Notes under the pieces: model-generated
The model's database searches: none
What the model was told of the DNA's origin: nothing
Seen by the model: only the letters and a program-made list of their open reading frames with translations
Program-made: the position numbers and the translations under genes
Shown: positions 39,876-49,762 of the stretch, one piece after another
Layout: every line of letters begins with the position of its first letter
How positions within the stretch are numbered: the stretch's first letter is position 1
From: Patescibacteria group bacterium
Lineage (GTDB): Bacteria; Patescibacteriota; Microgenomatia; UBA1400; PJMF01
DNA: 64,000 nucleotides
Assembly (NCBI GenBank): GCA_045541795.1
Contig: JAZQJV010000009.1
Location: 7,460 to 71,459, forward strand
Direction: 5' to 3'

Positions 39876-39906
39876 TAGACATTTCCGGAATGTAATTCCG
39901 GATTTG
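39876..39906. repeat. 31-bp direct repeat right of ORF6N gene
   Basis: Identical to 38724-38754. Confidence 0.9.
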
Positions 39907-39973
39907 GCGGGAAAAACCTGCGCCCCCTTCAGGGGGCGCAGCACATCTAAAAAGTAGAAAGAGTAGTAAGTGT

Positions 39974-41206
39974 CTAATTAAGCCTGGTGATGCGGGCGGC
40001 ACCATTACCGGTATGTCCCACGCCACTGGCGTAGTAACCGCCGGATGGATTGGGCATTGGTTGCAGTGAACCTTTGACATTAGTCCATTTATACCCAGCG
40101 CCGTCAATCATGAGGGTGTCGGTGAAACTCAGGCCCGTGGGCGAGAGCGAGCAGCTGTTATTCGTCGTGCCGGTAGTACAGCCGGACTTGGGCGTGGAGT
40201 TACTCAGCGACGTCACGGCGACGCAGCCCGTATGGCCGGAGATATATGAGGAGCCGCCGGCGCCGCTTCCCCACTGACCAGAAGTTCCCCCATACCATCC
40301 TCCCCCTCCCCCGGCAGATGCACAGTTACTATAATAACCATCTGCGCCAGTACCAAATGATCCGATGTTGCCTCCTCCATTGCCAGAATAACTGCCTCCG
40401 CTAACCTGTGTCCCCCCATATACCACCGTCCAGTTAGAGGTATTATAATTGTTGCCCGTGCCACCACTTACCCCGCCAGCAGCTCCACCAACGGACTTCC
40501 CTTCGTGTCCAGAACCGCCACCTCCGCCAGCAGCGACTGCAATACGACTTCTCAGAGAATTAGCATTATTCCAATTCCCACTCGTCGTCCGTATATCCGT
40601 AGCTCCACCGCCGCTACCACTATTGTGAACATAGACATTAGAATTATTTCTTGAGACCGAGCGTCCACCACCATTATAACCGCCGTTAGTCCAGTAGTCA
40701 GAGACAGCTTGACTCGTGACGGTATCAGTACCAGCATAACCAAGATACAAATACAAGGTGGAATTTGTGGTTACTCTTAGTATACCACTGACGTACCCTC
40801 CATTGCCACCATAAGTCCTGCCTGTTTGTAAATATGTAGAATATCCATTCCCACCCCTGGCTCCCCATAACTCCACCTTGTACTGGCACCCCACATATGC
40901 CGTAAACGTCTGATAACTTCCCGTATAAGTGAAATTCTTCACGGCATTGGTAGACGTCAGGACTGGGTCCAAACAGCTTTCTGGTTCTACTGCTATGTAT
41001 TGATTGGTGCCGATCTTGACGAACTTGCTAGAGCCGATCTGTATCACTTCTCCCACGGCGATGTTCTTGATTTTCTTGGTAGTGGTGGTAGAGGTGGCCG
41101 CTAGTACCTCTCCATCAGCTCTCACGAGCTGGTTCCCCTCTCCTAAGTAGGAGAGGACAATAAAGAAAATATGTGCCAAAAAGACCCGCCCCAAAACGTG
41201 CGTCAT
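39974..41206 (-). CDS. Secreted glycine-rich domain protein (paralog 2)
   Basis: MTHVLGRVFLA start shared with paralog 1; YKVELWGARGG, GGGATDIR, GAGGSSYISG, GNGAARITRLN. Confidence 0.8.
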   Translation of the reverse strand: MTHVLGRVFLAHIFFIVLSYLGEGNQLVRADGEVLAATSTTTTKKIKNIAVGEVIQIGSSKFVKIGTNQYIAVEPESCLDPVLTSTNAVKNFTYTGSYQTFTAYVGCQYKVELWGARGGNGYSTYLQTGRTYGGNGGYVSGILRVTTNSTLYLYLGYAGTDTVTSQAVSDYWTNGGYNGGGRSVSRNNSNVYVHNSGSGGGATDIRTTSGNWNNANSLRSRIAVAAGGGGGSGHEGKSVGGAAGGVSGGTGNNYNTSNWTVVYGGTQVSGGSYSGNGGGNIGSFGTGADGYYSNCASAGGGGGWYGGTSGQWGSGAGGSSYISGHTGCVAVTSLSNSTPKSGCTTGTTNNSCSLSPTGLSFTDTLMIDGAGYKWTNVKGSLQPMPNPSGGYYASGVGHTGNGAARITRLN

Positions 41207-41544
41207 ATCCGCCTTTCATTTTCATTTCTCTTAAGAAACTGTAGCAACTACAGAAAAGCACACGATCGGCAGCTGCAGTGTCTCAAAAGAGATCTCTGGG
41301 ACAAACTCAAAGCTTCCGCTCAGGCCGTACCCCGCTACCACTATCATGTGCTTTTCTCTCGGTCCGAGCTAAGATCATAACTTTTGCAAGTCTATCTATA
41401 CGCTTGGGGTTTGGAGCTGTATTTCAATATTGTATCGTCCTTTCACCGATCTCTTTTTTAACACTGCATAAAATATTATAGCGGAAAAAGTGATTTTGTC
41501 AAGATGCAATTTTGTAATTTGTGCAGTAATGATATTTGTAATTA

Positions 41545-41634
41545 ATTTGTTTTTGTTTGTATTTTGTTTGTTCATGTTTTCCAGATGTAAGTGTTAAACA
41601 TTTGTTAAACGTTTGTTGAACGTTTGTAAAACAA
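41545..41634. repeat. Dispersed TTTGTTAAACA element (copy 3)
   Basis: Matches 2644-2732. Confidence 0.85.
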
Positions 41635-41644
41635 GTAGTAAAAA

Positions 41645-41672
41645 ATTTTGCCCCCTCGTAGGGGGGCAAAAT
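41645..41672 (-). terminator. Intrinsic terminator
   Basis: attttgccccc-tcgta-ggggggcaaaat hairpin, U-tract on the minus strand. Confidence 0.75.
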
Positions 41673-41689
41673 TGCTGTTTGCTTTTTCA

Positions 41690-42100
41690 TTATTCTTGCG
41701 TGCTGGTCGTCGCTTCCAGATTTGCACGACCCGCTTTCGGTCTGCCTGCCGGTCGCTCACCTTCGGGCGCGGCGGCCAGTTCTGGATGCTCGGCGGCAAA
41801 AGCTGCTTGCTTTTCTTCCCAGTAGGCTTGGATCTTATCCGCCGTGGCTTGGTCGATCACGCCATCAGTCACTAGTTCATCCCAGATGAACTCTGGCAGC
41901 TGATGACCCTTGGGTCCACGCCCGCGACCCTCCGGGCGCGTGTCGCCGGCGCTATCTGCAAGCTGTGTACCTTGCACTTGGCTGCTCACGTCACTATTAA
42001 CTTCGTCGGCGGCCACGCGGTGCGCTATGCCAAGGCCGATGACGCTAGCCCCAGCCATCGCCAGTACGGCCGTACAAACTAAGTTTCGATATTTTTGCAT
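41690..42100 (-). CDS. Secreted hypothetical protein
   Basis: Signal peptide, DELVTDGVIDQATADKI motif; AGAAAGG RBS. Confidence 0.7.
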   Translation of the reverse strand: MQKYRNLVCTAVLAMAGASVIGLGIAHRVAADEVNSDVSSQVQGTQLADSAGDTRPEGRGRGPKGHQLPEFIWDELVTDGVIDQATADKIQAYWEEKQAAFAAEHPELAAAPEGERPAGRPKAGRANLEATTSTQE

Positions 42101-42286
42101 AGTTCCTTTCTAGCTTCTTTAATATCGATGAGTGTAGTATAAAGGATAGCCGTTAAAACACTGCTAAAGGTAAGTTAGAGTTTTGTTAAAAAATCGACCA
42201 ACTAATATCAGCGGGCTTGAGTCTGCATCATCTTGACAAAAATGCTGTCCTCCAGTATAATACGGAGCAGAAAAAGGAAAGGCGAA

Positions 42287-42934
42287 ATGGCAAAATTTAA
42301 ATGTCTAGTTTGTGGAGTAGTTTTTGACGCGCCGGATCATGCGAGTGCAGTCTGCCCCAAGTGTAAGGCGCGCGGTGAAAAAATCGTGCCGCAAGGAGGA
42401 CATAAATACGCCGGCACGCAGACAGAGAAAAATTTACAGGCAGCATTTGCTGGGGAATCTCAAGCACGTAACAAATACACTTACTTTGCATCACGGGCAA
42501 AAAAAGACGGTTATGAACAAATTGCTGCCTTGTTTTTGCTGACAGCCGATAATGAAAAAGAACATGCCAAAATGTGGTTTAAGGAGCTAAATGGGATTGG
42601 TGATACAGCCGAAAACCTGGAAGCGGCGGCCGCGGGTGAAAATTACGAGTGGACAGATATGTATGAAGGCTTTGCAGCCACGGCTGAGGAGGAAGGTTTC
42701 CCTGAATTAGCCGCTAAATTCCGTAGCGTGGGACAAATCGAGAAACGTCATGAGGAGCGCTACCGCAAGCTGTTGGCCAACATCCAAAAGGGAGAAGTTT
42801 TCCAGCGTGGCGAGGTAAAAATCTGGGAGTGCCGCAATTGCGGACACATCGTGGTCGGCACCCAAGCGCCAGAAGTTTGCCCGGTGTGCGCTCACCCGCA
42901 GGCGTACTTTGAGATCAGCGCGGAAAATATTTAA
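42287..42934 (+). CDS. rbr: Rubrerythrin with N- and C-terminal rubredoxin-like domains
   Basis: [45 protein letters not shown]. Confidence 0.93.
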   Translation: MAKFKCLVCGVVFDAPDHASAVCPKCKARGEKIVPQGGHKYAGTQTEKNLQAAFAGESQARNKYTYFASRAKKDGYEQIAALFLLTADNEKEHAKMWFKELNGIGDTAENLEAAAAGENYEWTDMYEGFAATAEEEGFPELAAKFRSVGQIEKRHEERYRKLLANIQKGEVFQRGEVKIWECRNCGHIVVGTQAPEVCPVCAHPQAYFEISAENI

Positions 42935-42952
42935 CGCCAACGAAAAGTGGCG

Positions 42953-43028
42953 TTTTGTGGACTTGTGATGGTAAGAAGTCAACAAAATGGGCTGTTTTGT
43001 AGACTTGTTGACTCGGAAAGTCAACAAT
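42953..43028. repeat. Two tandem ~43-bp imperfect palindromes
   Basis: ttttgtggactt-N11-aagtcaacaaaa and ttttgtagactt-N11-aagtcaacaa. Confidence 0.6.
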
Positions 43029-43057
43029 TTTCGGCATTTTTTGTGTAGCAAACAAAT

Positions 43058-43083
43058 GACCCCGCCAGAAACCTGACGGGGCC
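43058..43083 (-). terminator. Intrinsic terminator of cassette C
   Basis: ggccccgtcag-gttt-ctggcggggtc-atttgttt on the minus strand. Confidence 0.75.
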
Positions 43084-43104
43084 GAAAAAGTCTTGACTAC
43101 TTAA

Positions 43105-43611
43105 CTACACCTCCTCTGTCGGCCAGCCGTAAACGGCCAGCCTTTGGTTCTTAAACCGCGTGTTCTCAGTGACTTCCATGAGTCCGCCGAGCCACGCCGG
43201 GAGGACGACGCTGGTTTTCTCGTCGGGGTACTCGACCTCGACGACGACGTGGCCGGCGAGCTTGCCGTGGTACACGTCGATCTCGGCTGTCAACCCGTTT
43301 TCGAGTGGGAGCTCGTAGCGGGTCTTGAGCACCCGCCTACCCGCCGTAAGAGGGAACAGGCGGCGGTACTCTTCGCGGGAGATTTCCCACTCCTGCTCCT
43401 CGCGGACGAGGCCGGTACCTGCCTTGACTGTGCGCACGCATTTAACGTGCGAAAACTTGTCCATTTTCATCCTGATCCGCTCCTCACGGTCCGGTGTGAT
43501 TTCCAAGTATCCCTGCTCCACTGCCTGGTGTTTAAGGCCGGAAAACCTAAGGGTCTCGGTAACACGGGCGGCATCAACGATAATAAATTTTCTCTCGATC
43601 TCTTTCGACAT
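43105..43611 (-). CDS. CYTH-domain (class IV adenylate cyclase/triphosphatase) protein (cassette C)
   Basis: EIERKF, EQGYL, RIR, KTRY, EIDVY, VEVEY, FKN; AAGGAGG at 43626-43620. Confidence 0.9.
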   Translation of the reverse strand: MSKEIERKFIIVDAARVTETLRFSGLKHQAVEQGYLEITPDREERIRMKMDKFSHVKCVRTVKAGTGLVREEQEWEISREEYRRLFPLTAGRRVLKTRYELPLENGLTAEIDVYHGKLAGHVVVEVEYPDEKTSVVLPAWLGGLMEVTENTRFKNQRLAVYGWPTEEV

Positions 43612-43807
43612 CTAAAAAACCTCCTTGATTTTTTTGAACCTCTGGTAGCGTTCTCGCCAGTCACGAGTCTCCTCATGGCTGCGGAGCGCGCTACCGCGGG
43701 TAGATGTGGAAAGAAAAGTCGTAGATTACTAAGTAGTCAAGATGTTAAAGGGCTGAGGAGAATTTTCCGGCTGGCGATCAGCCGTCATTCTCACTCAAAC
43801 ATCCTAT

Positions 43808-43846
43808 ATTATATCACACTATGTCAAATTTGTCAAGAGGCAGTTT
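43808..43846 (-). promoter_or_regulatory. Conserved cassette promoter C
   Basis: aaactgcctcTTGACAaatttgacatagtgtgaTATAAT. Confidence 0.85.
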
Positions 43847-44053
43847 CGCCTGGAAAACATGGGAACAGGTATAGTTTTGTCTGTATAGCAGGGATTTATT
43901 AATTTCTAGGTAGACTTCCTGTTGGGTGCGACACTGGCGCAGGTAGTTGGCGTGCTTAAAGGCAACACATGATTGGCAGAAAATAATTATCAGGAGTACA
44001 ACGGCTAGGATCGTGAGAGTGGCTCGCCAGAAGCGATAGATGGAGTCTATCAT
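43814..44053 (-). CDS. Small single-TM hypothetical protein
   Basis: Overlaps upstream ORF by ATGA; hydrophobic N-terminal helix. Confidence 0.45.
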   Translation of the reverse strand: MIDSIYRFWRATLTILAVVLLIIIFCQSCVAFKHANYLRQCRTQQEVYLEINKSLLYRQNYTCSHVFQAKLPLDKFDIV

Positions 44054-44235
44054 ATCCGACCCTCCAGATAACGATCAAATTGAGACTTTTGGAACTGGAG
44101 CTGTAGGAAACAATCGGTGGCGCGGTCCTCACTCCTCCAGGCGCCAAAGCTGATCCAGAGTGCACATAAAAGCAATATCAGGTCGACGATAAACAGTGTG
44201 TTTAATGTGTACTTTTGGCGCTGTTTTTGTAACAT
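44050..44235 (-). CDS. Small single-TM hypothetical protein
   Basis: Leaderless TGGTATAAT start; one TM helix. Confidence 0.5.
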   Translation of the reverse strand: MLQKQRQKYTLNTLFIVDLILLLCALWISFGAWRSEDRATDCFLQLQFQKSQFDRYLEGRI

Positions 44236-44286
44236 AATGTGATTATACCATACAAAATGACGGCTGGAAGGTGTTTTGGCGATGAT

Positions 44287-45357
44287 TTATTGTTTTTTCA
44301 TTAGTTTCCACCTAGAAGCGTCTTGCCAGTGTAATTCCAATTTAAACTCTTTTGATAATTTCCAGCCAGTATCAATCCCATAGAAATGCCAATTCCCCTC
44401 TTGAAGTATGGCACTTTCAAGATTAATATATGTAAAAATCCAATCATACGGAATTTGTAGTAGGTGTTCATCAACCCAATCCGGCATACAAGTGTCGACC
44501 TTACCATCGCTTAAAGCAAATTGATTTTCGTCGAAAGATAATTCATAATCATTATTATTCAAGATTGGTGTATCATCTGGGAATTTGACTCCCAGCATTG
44601 TTTTATTAATTTCTTTTCCTCTAGCATTTTTAACTTTCTTAGACGCAAGCTGTAACCAATAATCGCCTTTAAAGGTTGGCTGTGTGTCTATGCGGAGTGT
44701 TTGTATTGTCGGCGAGCAATCAGCTAGTAATTCTATATAATGTAGTCCTTTCTCCAAATCTGGAGAGACGACTCTGTGCTGTTTGCTTTTAATAGATTTA
44801 GTTGCAGATATGCCGCGCCAGAGCGGGTCATCAGCATTGACGGAATAGTATTTGCCATCGATACGAACTTTTATATCGTCCTCATCTCGTCTAAAGAAAC
44901 CAGTTTCATTCCACCCCACTATTGCAGTACCACTAACACTAGCGACTGGAAGATCCACGAGGATAACGTTTATAAATGGCTGTTTGTTGAGGTTTTCAGC
45001 TTGTAAGTCTAAATTAAGAATGAATGATTCTATTGATTCAATCAATCGTAGTGAAGTTTTCTTTTCATTGATACTACCTTTGATTACATACTTAATTATA
45101 TGATCGCCAGCACTCAATTGCAGGATATAATAATTTCGCTGAGTTTTGCCACGTAAGATATTACCATTCCACGCTGCAGGAATTGTAAACCGTTGAGCGT
45201 TTTTAAATGGTGGGATTTCTCTGAATTCCAGTTGATCAATACAAACACGCATCTGACTACCAGTCGCGCAAGAAGCATCTATACAAATGGCGTACCAGGC
45301 AGTTTTGGCAATAGTAATTTTATCTTCATAAATAGTTTCCTTTGTTGGCATAATCAA
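44287..45357 (-). CDS. Hypothetical protein (AT-rich)
   Basis: 356-aa ORF coupled to the ligase-like gene; two similar beta-rich repeats (LSAGDHII / LEKGLHYI). Confidence 0.65.
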   Translation of the reverse strand: MIMPTKETIYEDKITIAKTAWYAICIDASCATGSQMRVCIDQLEFREIPPFKNAQRFTIPAAWNGNILRGKTQRNYYILQLSAGDHIIKYVIKGSINEKKTSLRLIESIESFILNLDLQAENLNKQPFINVILVDLPVASVSGTAIVGWNETGFFRRDEDDIKVRIDGKYYSVNADDPLWRGISATKSIKSKQHRVVSPDLEKGLHYIELLADCSPTIQTLRIDTQPTFKGDYWLQLASKKVKNARGKEINKTMLGVKFPDDTPILNNNDYELSFDENQFALSDGKVDTCMPDWVDEHLLQIPYDWIFTYINLESAILQEGNWHFYGIDTGWKLSKEFKLELHWQDASRWKLMKKQ

Positions 45358-46577
45358 GTCTGAGTATATATAAAGTTCTTATCTTTGTCAATCTCTACTA
45401 TTTCCGCCACCACCAGCCCTGCCGTGAGCAGGACAAACGGTTGGAAGAGAGCCTGGTCAAATTGACTGTGTATTATAATAGACAAAATAACGTAAAAAAG
45501 ACTGGGTGAGGCACGCCATAAGTGGCAGAGTAAGTGTATACTATAATAGACAATCACGAGCGTAAGCGGCAGGCCAAAAAAGCTGACTAGCAGCAAAAAT
45601 GAGTTATCCGGGAAGCTGGCCGTCTGCTTGTAACCGACGGCACGAAGTTGACCAGGATCCCTCTGCCCAGGCAAGGGGACGAAAACTCCCCGCCCGATAA
45701 GCCACTGCCACCAAGTGAATGAGGAAACTTGACGGGTAAACATCTCAGCCCGGGCGACTAGAGAATTGGTACGCAGCAAGTTAGTGGAGTCGGAAGGAAT
45801 CCAGCGCGCCGTAAGACTGAAAAATGCCAGACTGGCTATCATGAAAACGGCGATGATAAGTGAGTATTTTGTAATTTGTAACTTTTTTATCCTCGAGTAC
45901 ATTTTGACTACATAAGCGACAGTGACACCAGCCAAGCTCACAAAACTGGCGCGCGAATAAGTGAGAATGAGCGCAAGCAAACACAGGAAAAGTGTATACT
46001 TTAGTATACTTTTAGCCTGGCGTGGCGCACAGGGCAGAGCTGTAAAAAGGTAAATAATCCCGATACAAAGCCCTAAACCCGTAAAGGCTGGATCTAGCCA
46101 CGTGCCCACCAGGCGGTAACGATGATCATCCCAACCGAGAAACTGTAATGAGCTGGTATCTGGCCAAAAAAAGTATTGCAGCAGGCCGCCTAAAGCCAGG
46201 CTCGCGAAATAAGCCGTCAGGAGAGGCGGCCACTCATGGCGGGCAAAGTCTTGGTTTAGTCTGGCGAGGAAGAGGAAAAGCAAGTAAGCTGTGAGGCGCG
46301 CCAAATAGGCGATCGGGATAAGTGACCAGGCGTGATTGAGCGTCCAGCTGAGGACAATCAGGCTGGCGGCGGCGAGGATTATCAAAGCGGCCTGGCGAGA
46401 AACTGGCCGCCGCCGCCAACACCGCCGCCAGGAAGGCGCACAGGCGAGCACATAAAGGACAATGAGCACGTCATGAAAATAAAAAGCCAGGCCAGGACTA
46501 AGCGTAACGCGTGTCATTTGCCCGAGTGCGAGCGAGATGAGAACAGCAGTGAGTAAAAAACGTCTACAAGTGGTCAT
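45354..46577 (-). CDS. O-antigen ligase/polymerase-like membrane protein
   Basis: GLLQY, GWDDHRYRLVGTWLDPAFTG, LTYSRAS, DNSFL, HSQF. Confidence 0.8.
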   Translation of the reverse strand: MTTCRRFLLTAVLISLALGQMTRVTLSPGLAFYFHDVLIVLYVLACAPSWRRCWRRRPVSRQAALIILAAASLIVLSWTLNHAWSLIPIAYLARLTAYLLFLFLARLNQDFARHEWPPLLTAYFASLALGGLLQYFFWPDTSSLQFLGWDDHRYRLVGTWLDPAFTGLGLCIGIIYLFTALPCAPRQAKSILKYTLFLCLLALILTYSRASFVSLAGVTVAYVVKMYSRIKKLQITKYSLIIAVFMIASLAFFSLTARWIPSDSTNLLRTNSLVARAEMFTRQVSSFTWWQWLIGRGVFVPLPGQRDPGQLRAVGYKQTASFPDNSFLLLVSFFGLPLTLVIVYYSIHLLCHLWRASPSLFYVILSIIIHSQFDQALFQPFVLLTAGLVVAEIVEIDKDKNFIYTQT

Positions 46578-47419
46578 TTGGGATCCTTAAATGAACAATA
46601 AACTTGATACGGGAAGCGTAGTAAACGCAAGACGCGTGCCTCGCGCGGTCGCCAGATCTGGAAATATTGATCTTGGCCGGCAAAATAGAGCTGACGACGG
46701 CCTCTGGTGACAGCCGGGCGATCGGCACCGTAATGGACAATTTGGATTGATGTATCAATGTAATTTTGGAGACCACACTCTATAGCGCGCCGGGAGAGGT
46801 CGACGTCTTCAAAATACATGAAAAACCGTTCATCAAAGCCGCCGATTTCTTGCCAGTGAGAGCGCGTAACCGCAAAACAGGCACCGCTCACCCAGTCTAC
46901 GGGTAAAAGACTGTTTTTGGCCGATGCAGCGGCATTTGACGGCATAGGGACGGATTGATTTGAGTGGCGGCGCAGCGTGGTGGCGAGCGTGGGGAAACTG
47001 CCGGCAGCATCAGCTTGTGGCTGACCATCGCTCGCCACCAGGCGCGGGGCGACCAGCCCCGTGTGCGCGCGTTCCAGATCACGGCCAAGACGGCCTAAAA
47101 TTGCTTGGCTGGTGAAGGTATCTGGATTGAGGAAGAGCAATTTGTCGCCGCGCGCACGCGCCGCCCCATAATTATTAGCGCCGCCAAAGCCAAGATTTTT
47201 ACTCAAAAAAAACGTGCGTACCGGGATAATTTGCTGGAGCTGATCACTTGCTTGCCTCAAGAGTGAAACCTCATCCTTGCGGGAATTATTATCGACGAAG
47301 ATAAATTCATAAGTGTATTTTTGCTGGTGTACCTGAGCCAGACTAGCGGCAGCTTGTTGGAGCGCTTGGGTAGAATTATAATTCACGATAATGATGGAAA
47401 AATCAAGACTTTTTAGCAT
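46574..47419 (-). CDS. GT2-family glycosyltransferase
   Basis: SIIIVNYNS, VDNNS, NLGFGGANN, LNPD, WVSGAC, GFDERFFMYFEDVDL. Confidence 0.9.
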   Translation of the reverse strand: MLKSLDFSIIIVNYNSTQALQQAAASLAQVHQQKYTYEFIFVDNNSRKDEVSLLRQASDQLQQIIPVRTFFLSKNLGFGGANNYGAARARGDKLLFLNPDTFTSQAILGRLGRDLERAHTGLVAPRLVASDGQPQADAAGSFPTLATTLRRHSNQSVPMPSNAAASAKNSLLPVDWVSGACFAVTRSHWQEIGGFDERFFMYFEDVDLSRRAIECGLQNYIDTSIQIVHYGADRPAVTRGRRQLYFAGQDQYFQIWRPREARVLRLLRFPYQVYCSFKDPK

Positions 47420-48539
47420 ATTTGTACACTATTTGTCTAATTTGGGTAATGAAAGAGTTTTGTGAATATTTCATGGCAGCTTGATGTAAGGCGGCCTGAT
47501 CCCAGGAGATGTCCCCAGCTTGAAGGATGGCGGTTTTGAAGGCGTCGAGTGTAAGTTCGTCAAAAAATACTCCCGTCTGACCAGAAGTGATAGTTTCGGC
47601 CGGGCCGCCGGAGTAGTGAGCGATCACCGGGCAACCGCAAGCCAGCGCTTCTATCGGGACTATACCAAAATCTTCATCGGCTACCGGATACAGGAGACCG
47701 CACGCTGCCGAATAAAGGCCTGGTAATTTTTCATCTGGGACGTGGCCGAGGAGCTGAATGCGGTCGGCCGCACCCGCCACCTGGATCTGAGAGCGTAAGG
47801 CAGGCAAAAGTGGCCCGTCGCCGACAACTTTTAGCTTGAGGCCGAGATCAATGGCTGCCTGGACGGCGAGCTCAGGATGCTTGGCAACATTGAGCCGGTT
47901 GACAAATAAAAAGCCCTCACGCTGTCTATTATAGTAGACACTGGGGTTCGCTTCCGCCTGGTCGGCCAAAATGACAGGCGGATAAAGCACTTGTGCTTCC
48001 CGACGCCAAAACTTACTCACGCGCGCGGCCACGGTGTGAGAGTTGACTAAAATCACACGGGCACGCTGGGCATCGTCAAAATCACGCAGGCGCAAAAAAT
48101 GATTGATCAGTGCCCCGCCTAGGCGGGTAAAGTAGTGAGACTGCCAGTCACTGCGGGTATCATAGCCATAAAGCGAGCGCGCTGGCGTGTGACAATAGAC
48201 CAGCAAGGCGGCATCTGGCCGGACAGTCACGGCCTTGGCGTGGTAGGCATTGGTGGAAGCGATGACGACATCGTACTCACTCAGATCAAGGCGGGAAAAA
48301 GCGCGCGGCGCGAGCAAGCGCAGCGGCGAACGGAGTTTTCGGTGGCCAGGTAGGCGCTGGATGAAGGTAGTGCGGATATCCAGATCCTGGAAGGCGTGGG
48401 CGTGTTCGCCTAAGCCTGCTGGGTCAAAAAAAGCCGTGTAAAGTGGTGCCTGGGGAAAAGCCCCATGCAAAGCCAAAACTACGCGTTCTGCCCCACCAAA
48501 CTCTTGCAAGTAGTCATGTACTAGTGCCACTTTTAGCAT
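47403..48539 (-). CDS. GT4-family glycosyltransferase
   Basis: [38 protein letters not shown]. Confidence 0.9.
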   Translation of the reverse strand: MLKVALVHDYLQEFGGAERVVLALHGAFPQAPLYTAFFDPAGLGEHAHAFQDLDIRTTFIQRLPGHRKLRSPLRLLAPRAFSRLDLSEYDVVIASTNAYHAKAVTVRPDAALLVYCHTPARSLYGYDTRSDWQSHYFTRLGGALINHFLRLRDFDDAQRARVILVNSHTVAARVSKFWRREAQVLYPPVILADQAEANPSVYYNRQREGFLFVNRLNVAKHPELAVQAAIDLGLKLKVVGDGPLLPALRSQIQVAGAADRIQLLGHVPDEKLPGLYSAACGLLYPVADEDFGIVPIEALACGCPVIAHYSGGPAETITSGQTGVFFDELTLDAFKTAILQAGDISWDQAALHQAAMKYSQNSFITQIRQIVYKYAKKS

Positions 48540-48596
48540 AAATCTTCTCTATTATACCGCAGATTTTGTGGTATAATAGGAGATCTTGGAGATGAT

Positions 48597-49697
48597 ATGA
48601 GTAAAAAACTGCCGAAGGCTTTAGTCAGCGATATTGAAAAATTACTGCTCAAAGGGCGGGAAAACGGGAGTATCTCTCAGGAAGACGTGCTGGCGACTTT
48701 TGTGGAACCAGAACTGTACGTGGAAGCCCTGGATGATTTTTATGACCAGACGGCTAAGGAAGGCATTACTATTTGTGAATCCACTTCTCAAGAAGCAGAC
48801 GGCCAAGAGACTGCTGACTTACTCAAGAGTGAACTGGAGACGATCGCTAATTTCAACAACACCAATGTCTCAGATCCGGTACGGATGTATCTGAAAGAAA
48901 TTGGGCGGATCCCGCTTTTGACACGTGAGGAAGAAATCAAACTGGCCAAAAAAGTACAAGACGGAGACGTGAAAGCCAAACAAAAAATCATTTCCGCCAA
49001 CCTCCGCCTGGTAGTGGCGATCGCCAAAAAATATATCGGCCGGGGGATGAGTTTCCTAGACTTGATCCAAGAAGGCAATAAGGGCCTGATCCGGGCGGTA
49101 GACAAATACGACTGGACGCGGGGCTTTAAATTTTCTACGTACGCCACGTGGTGGATCCGCCAGGCGATCACCAGATCTATTGCTGACCAGGCGCGCACCA
49201 TCCGTGTGCCGGTACACATGGTAGAGACCATCAATGCGCTGATGCGCACCAGCCGTAAGATGATGCAAGACTTGGGACGTGAGCCGACGGTAGACGAAAT
49301 CGCCAAAGAAATGGACATCACGCCAGAAAGGGTGCGTGAGATTTTCAAGATCTCACAAAACACGGTCTCTCTGGAGTCACCAGTGGGCGACGACGGCGAG
49401 GAAGACTCAGTGCTGGGCGACTTTGTGGCCGATACTCAGCTGGCTACGCCTTATGAAAGCGCCAGCAAACAGATGCTTTCTGAAGACATTGAGGAAATTT
49501 TGTCTGGACTATCTGATCGCGAGGCCAAGGTGATCCGGATGCGCTTTGGGCTTTCTAATAGCCGGATGATGACCCTAGAAGAGGTGGGGCGGGAATTTGG
49601 CGTCACCCGGGAGCGGATCCGCCAGATAGAGAGCAAAGCGCTGCGTAACCTGCGCAACCCCAGCAAACGCAAAAAGCTGCAAGATTTTTTGGAGTAG
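48597..49697 (+). CDS. rpoD: RNA polymerase primary sigma factor
   Basis: [46 protein letters not shown]. Confidence 0.96.
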   Translation: MSKKLPKALVSDIEKLLLKGRENGSISQEDVLATFVEPELYVEALDDFYDQTAKEGITICESTSQEADGQETADLLKSELETIANFNNTNVSDPVRMYLKEIGRIPLLTREEEIKLAKKVQDGDVKAKQKIISANLRLVVAIAKKYIGRGMSFLDLIQEGNKGLIRAVDKYDWTRGFKFSTYATWWIRQAITRSIADQARTIRVPVHMVETINALMRTSRKMMQDLGREPTVDEIAKEMDITPERVREIFKISQNTVSLESPVGDDGEEDSVLGDFVADTQLATPYESASKQMLSEDIEEILSGLSDREAKVIRMRFGLSNSRMMTLEEVGREFGVTRERIRQIESKALRNLRNPSKRKKLQDFLE

Positions 49698-49762
49698 CGA
49701 TCAGTGCGGGAACAGAAGAAATTGCCGGGAAAATCTACCAGGCATATGTTATAATACGTTAT

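Noticed and set aside
22625-41206. Diversity-generating retroelement acting on Gly-rich paralogs
   Set aside because: No reverse transcriptase and no near-identical TR/VR pair differing at adenines was seen
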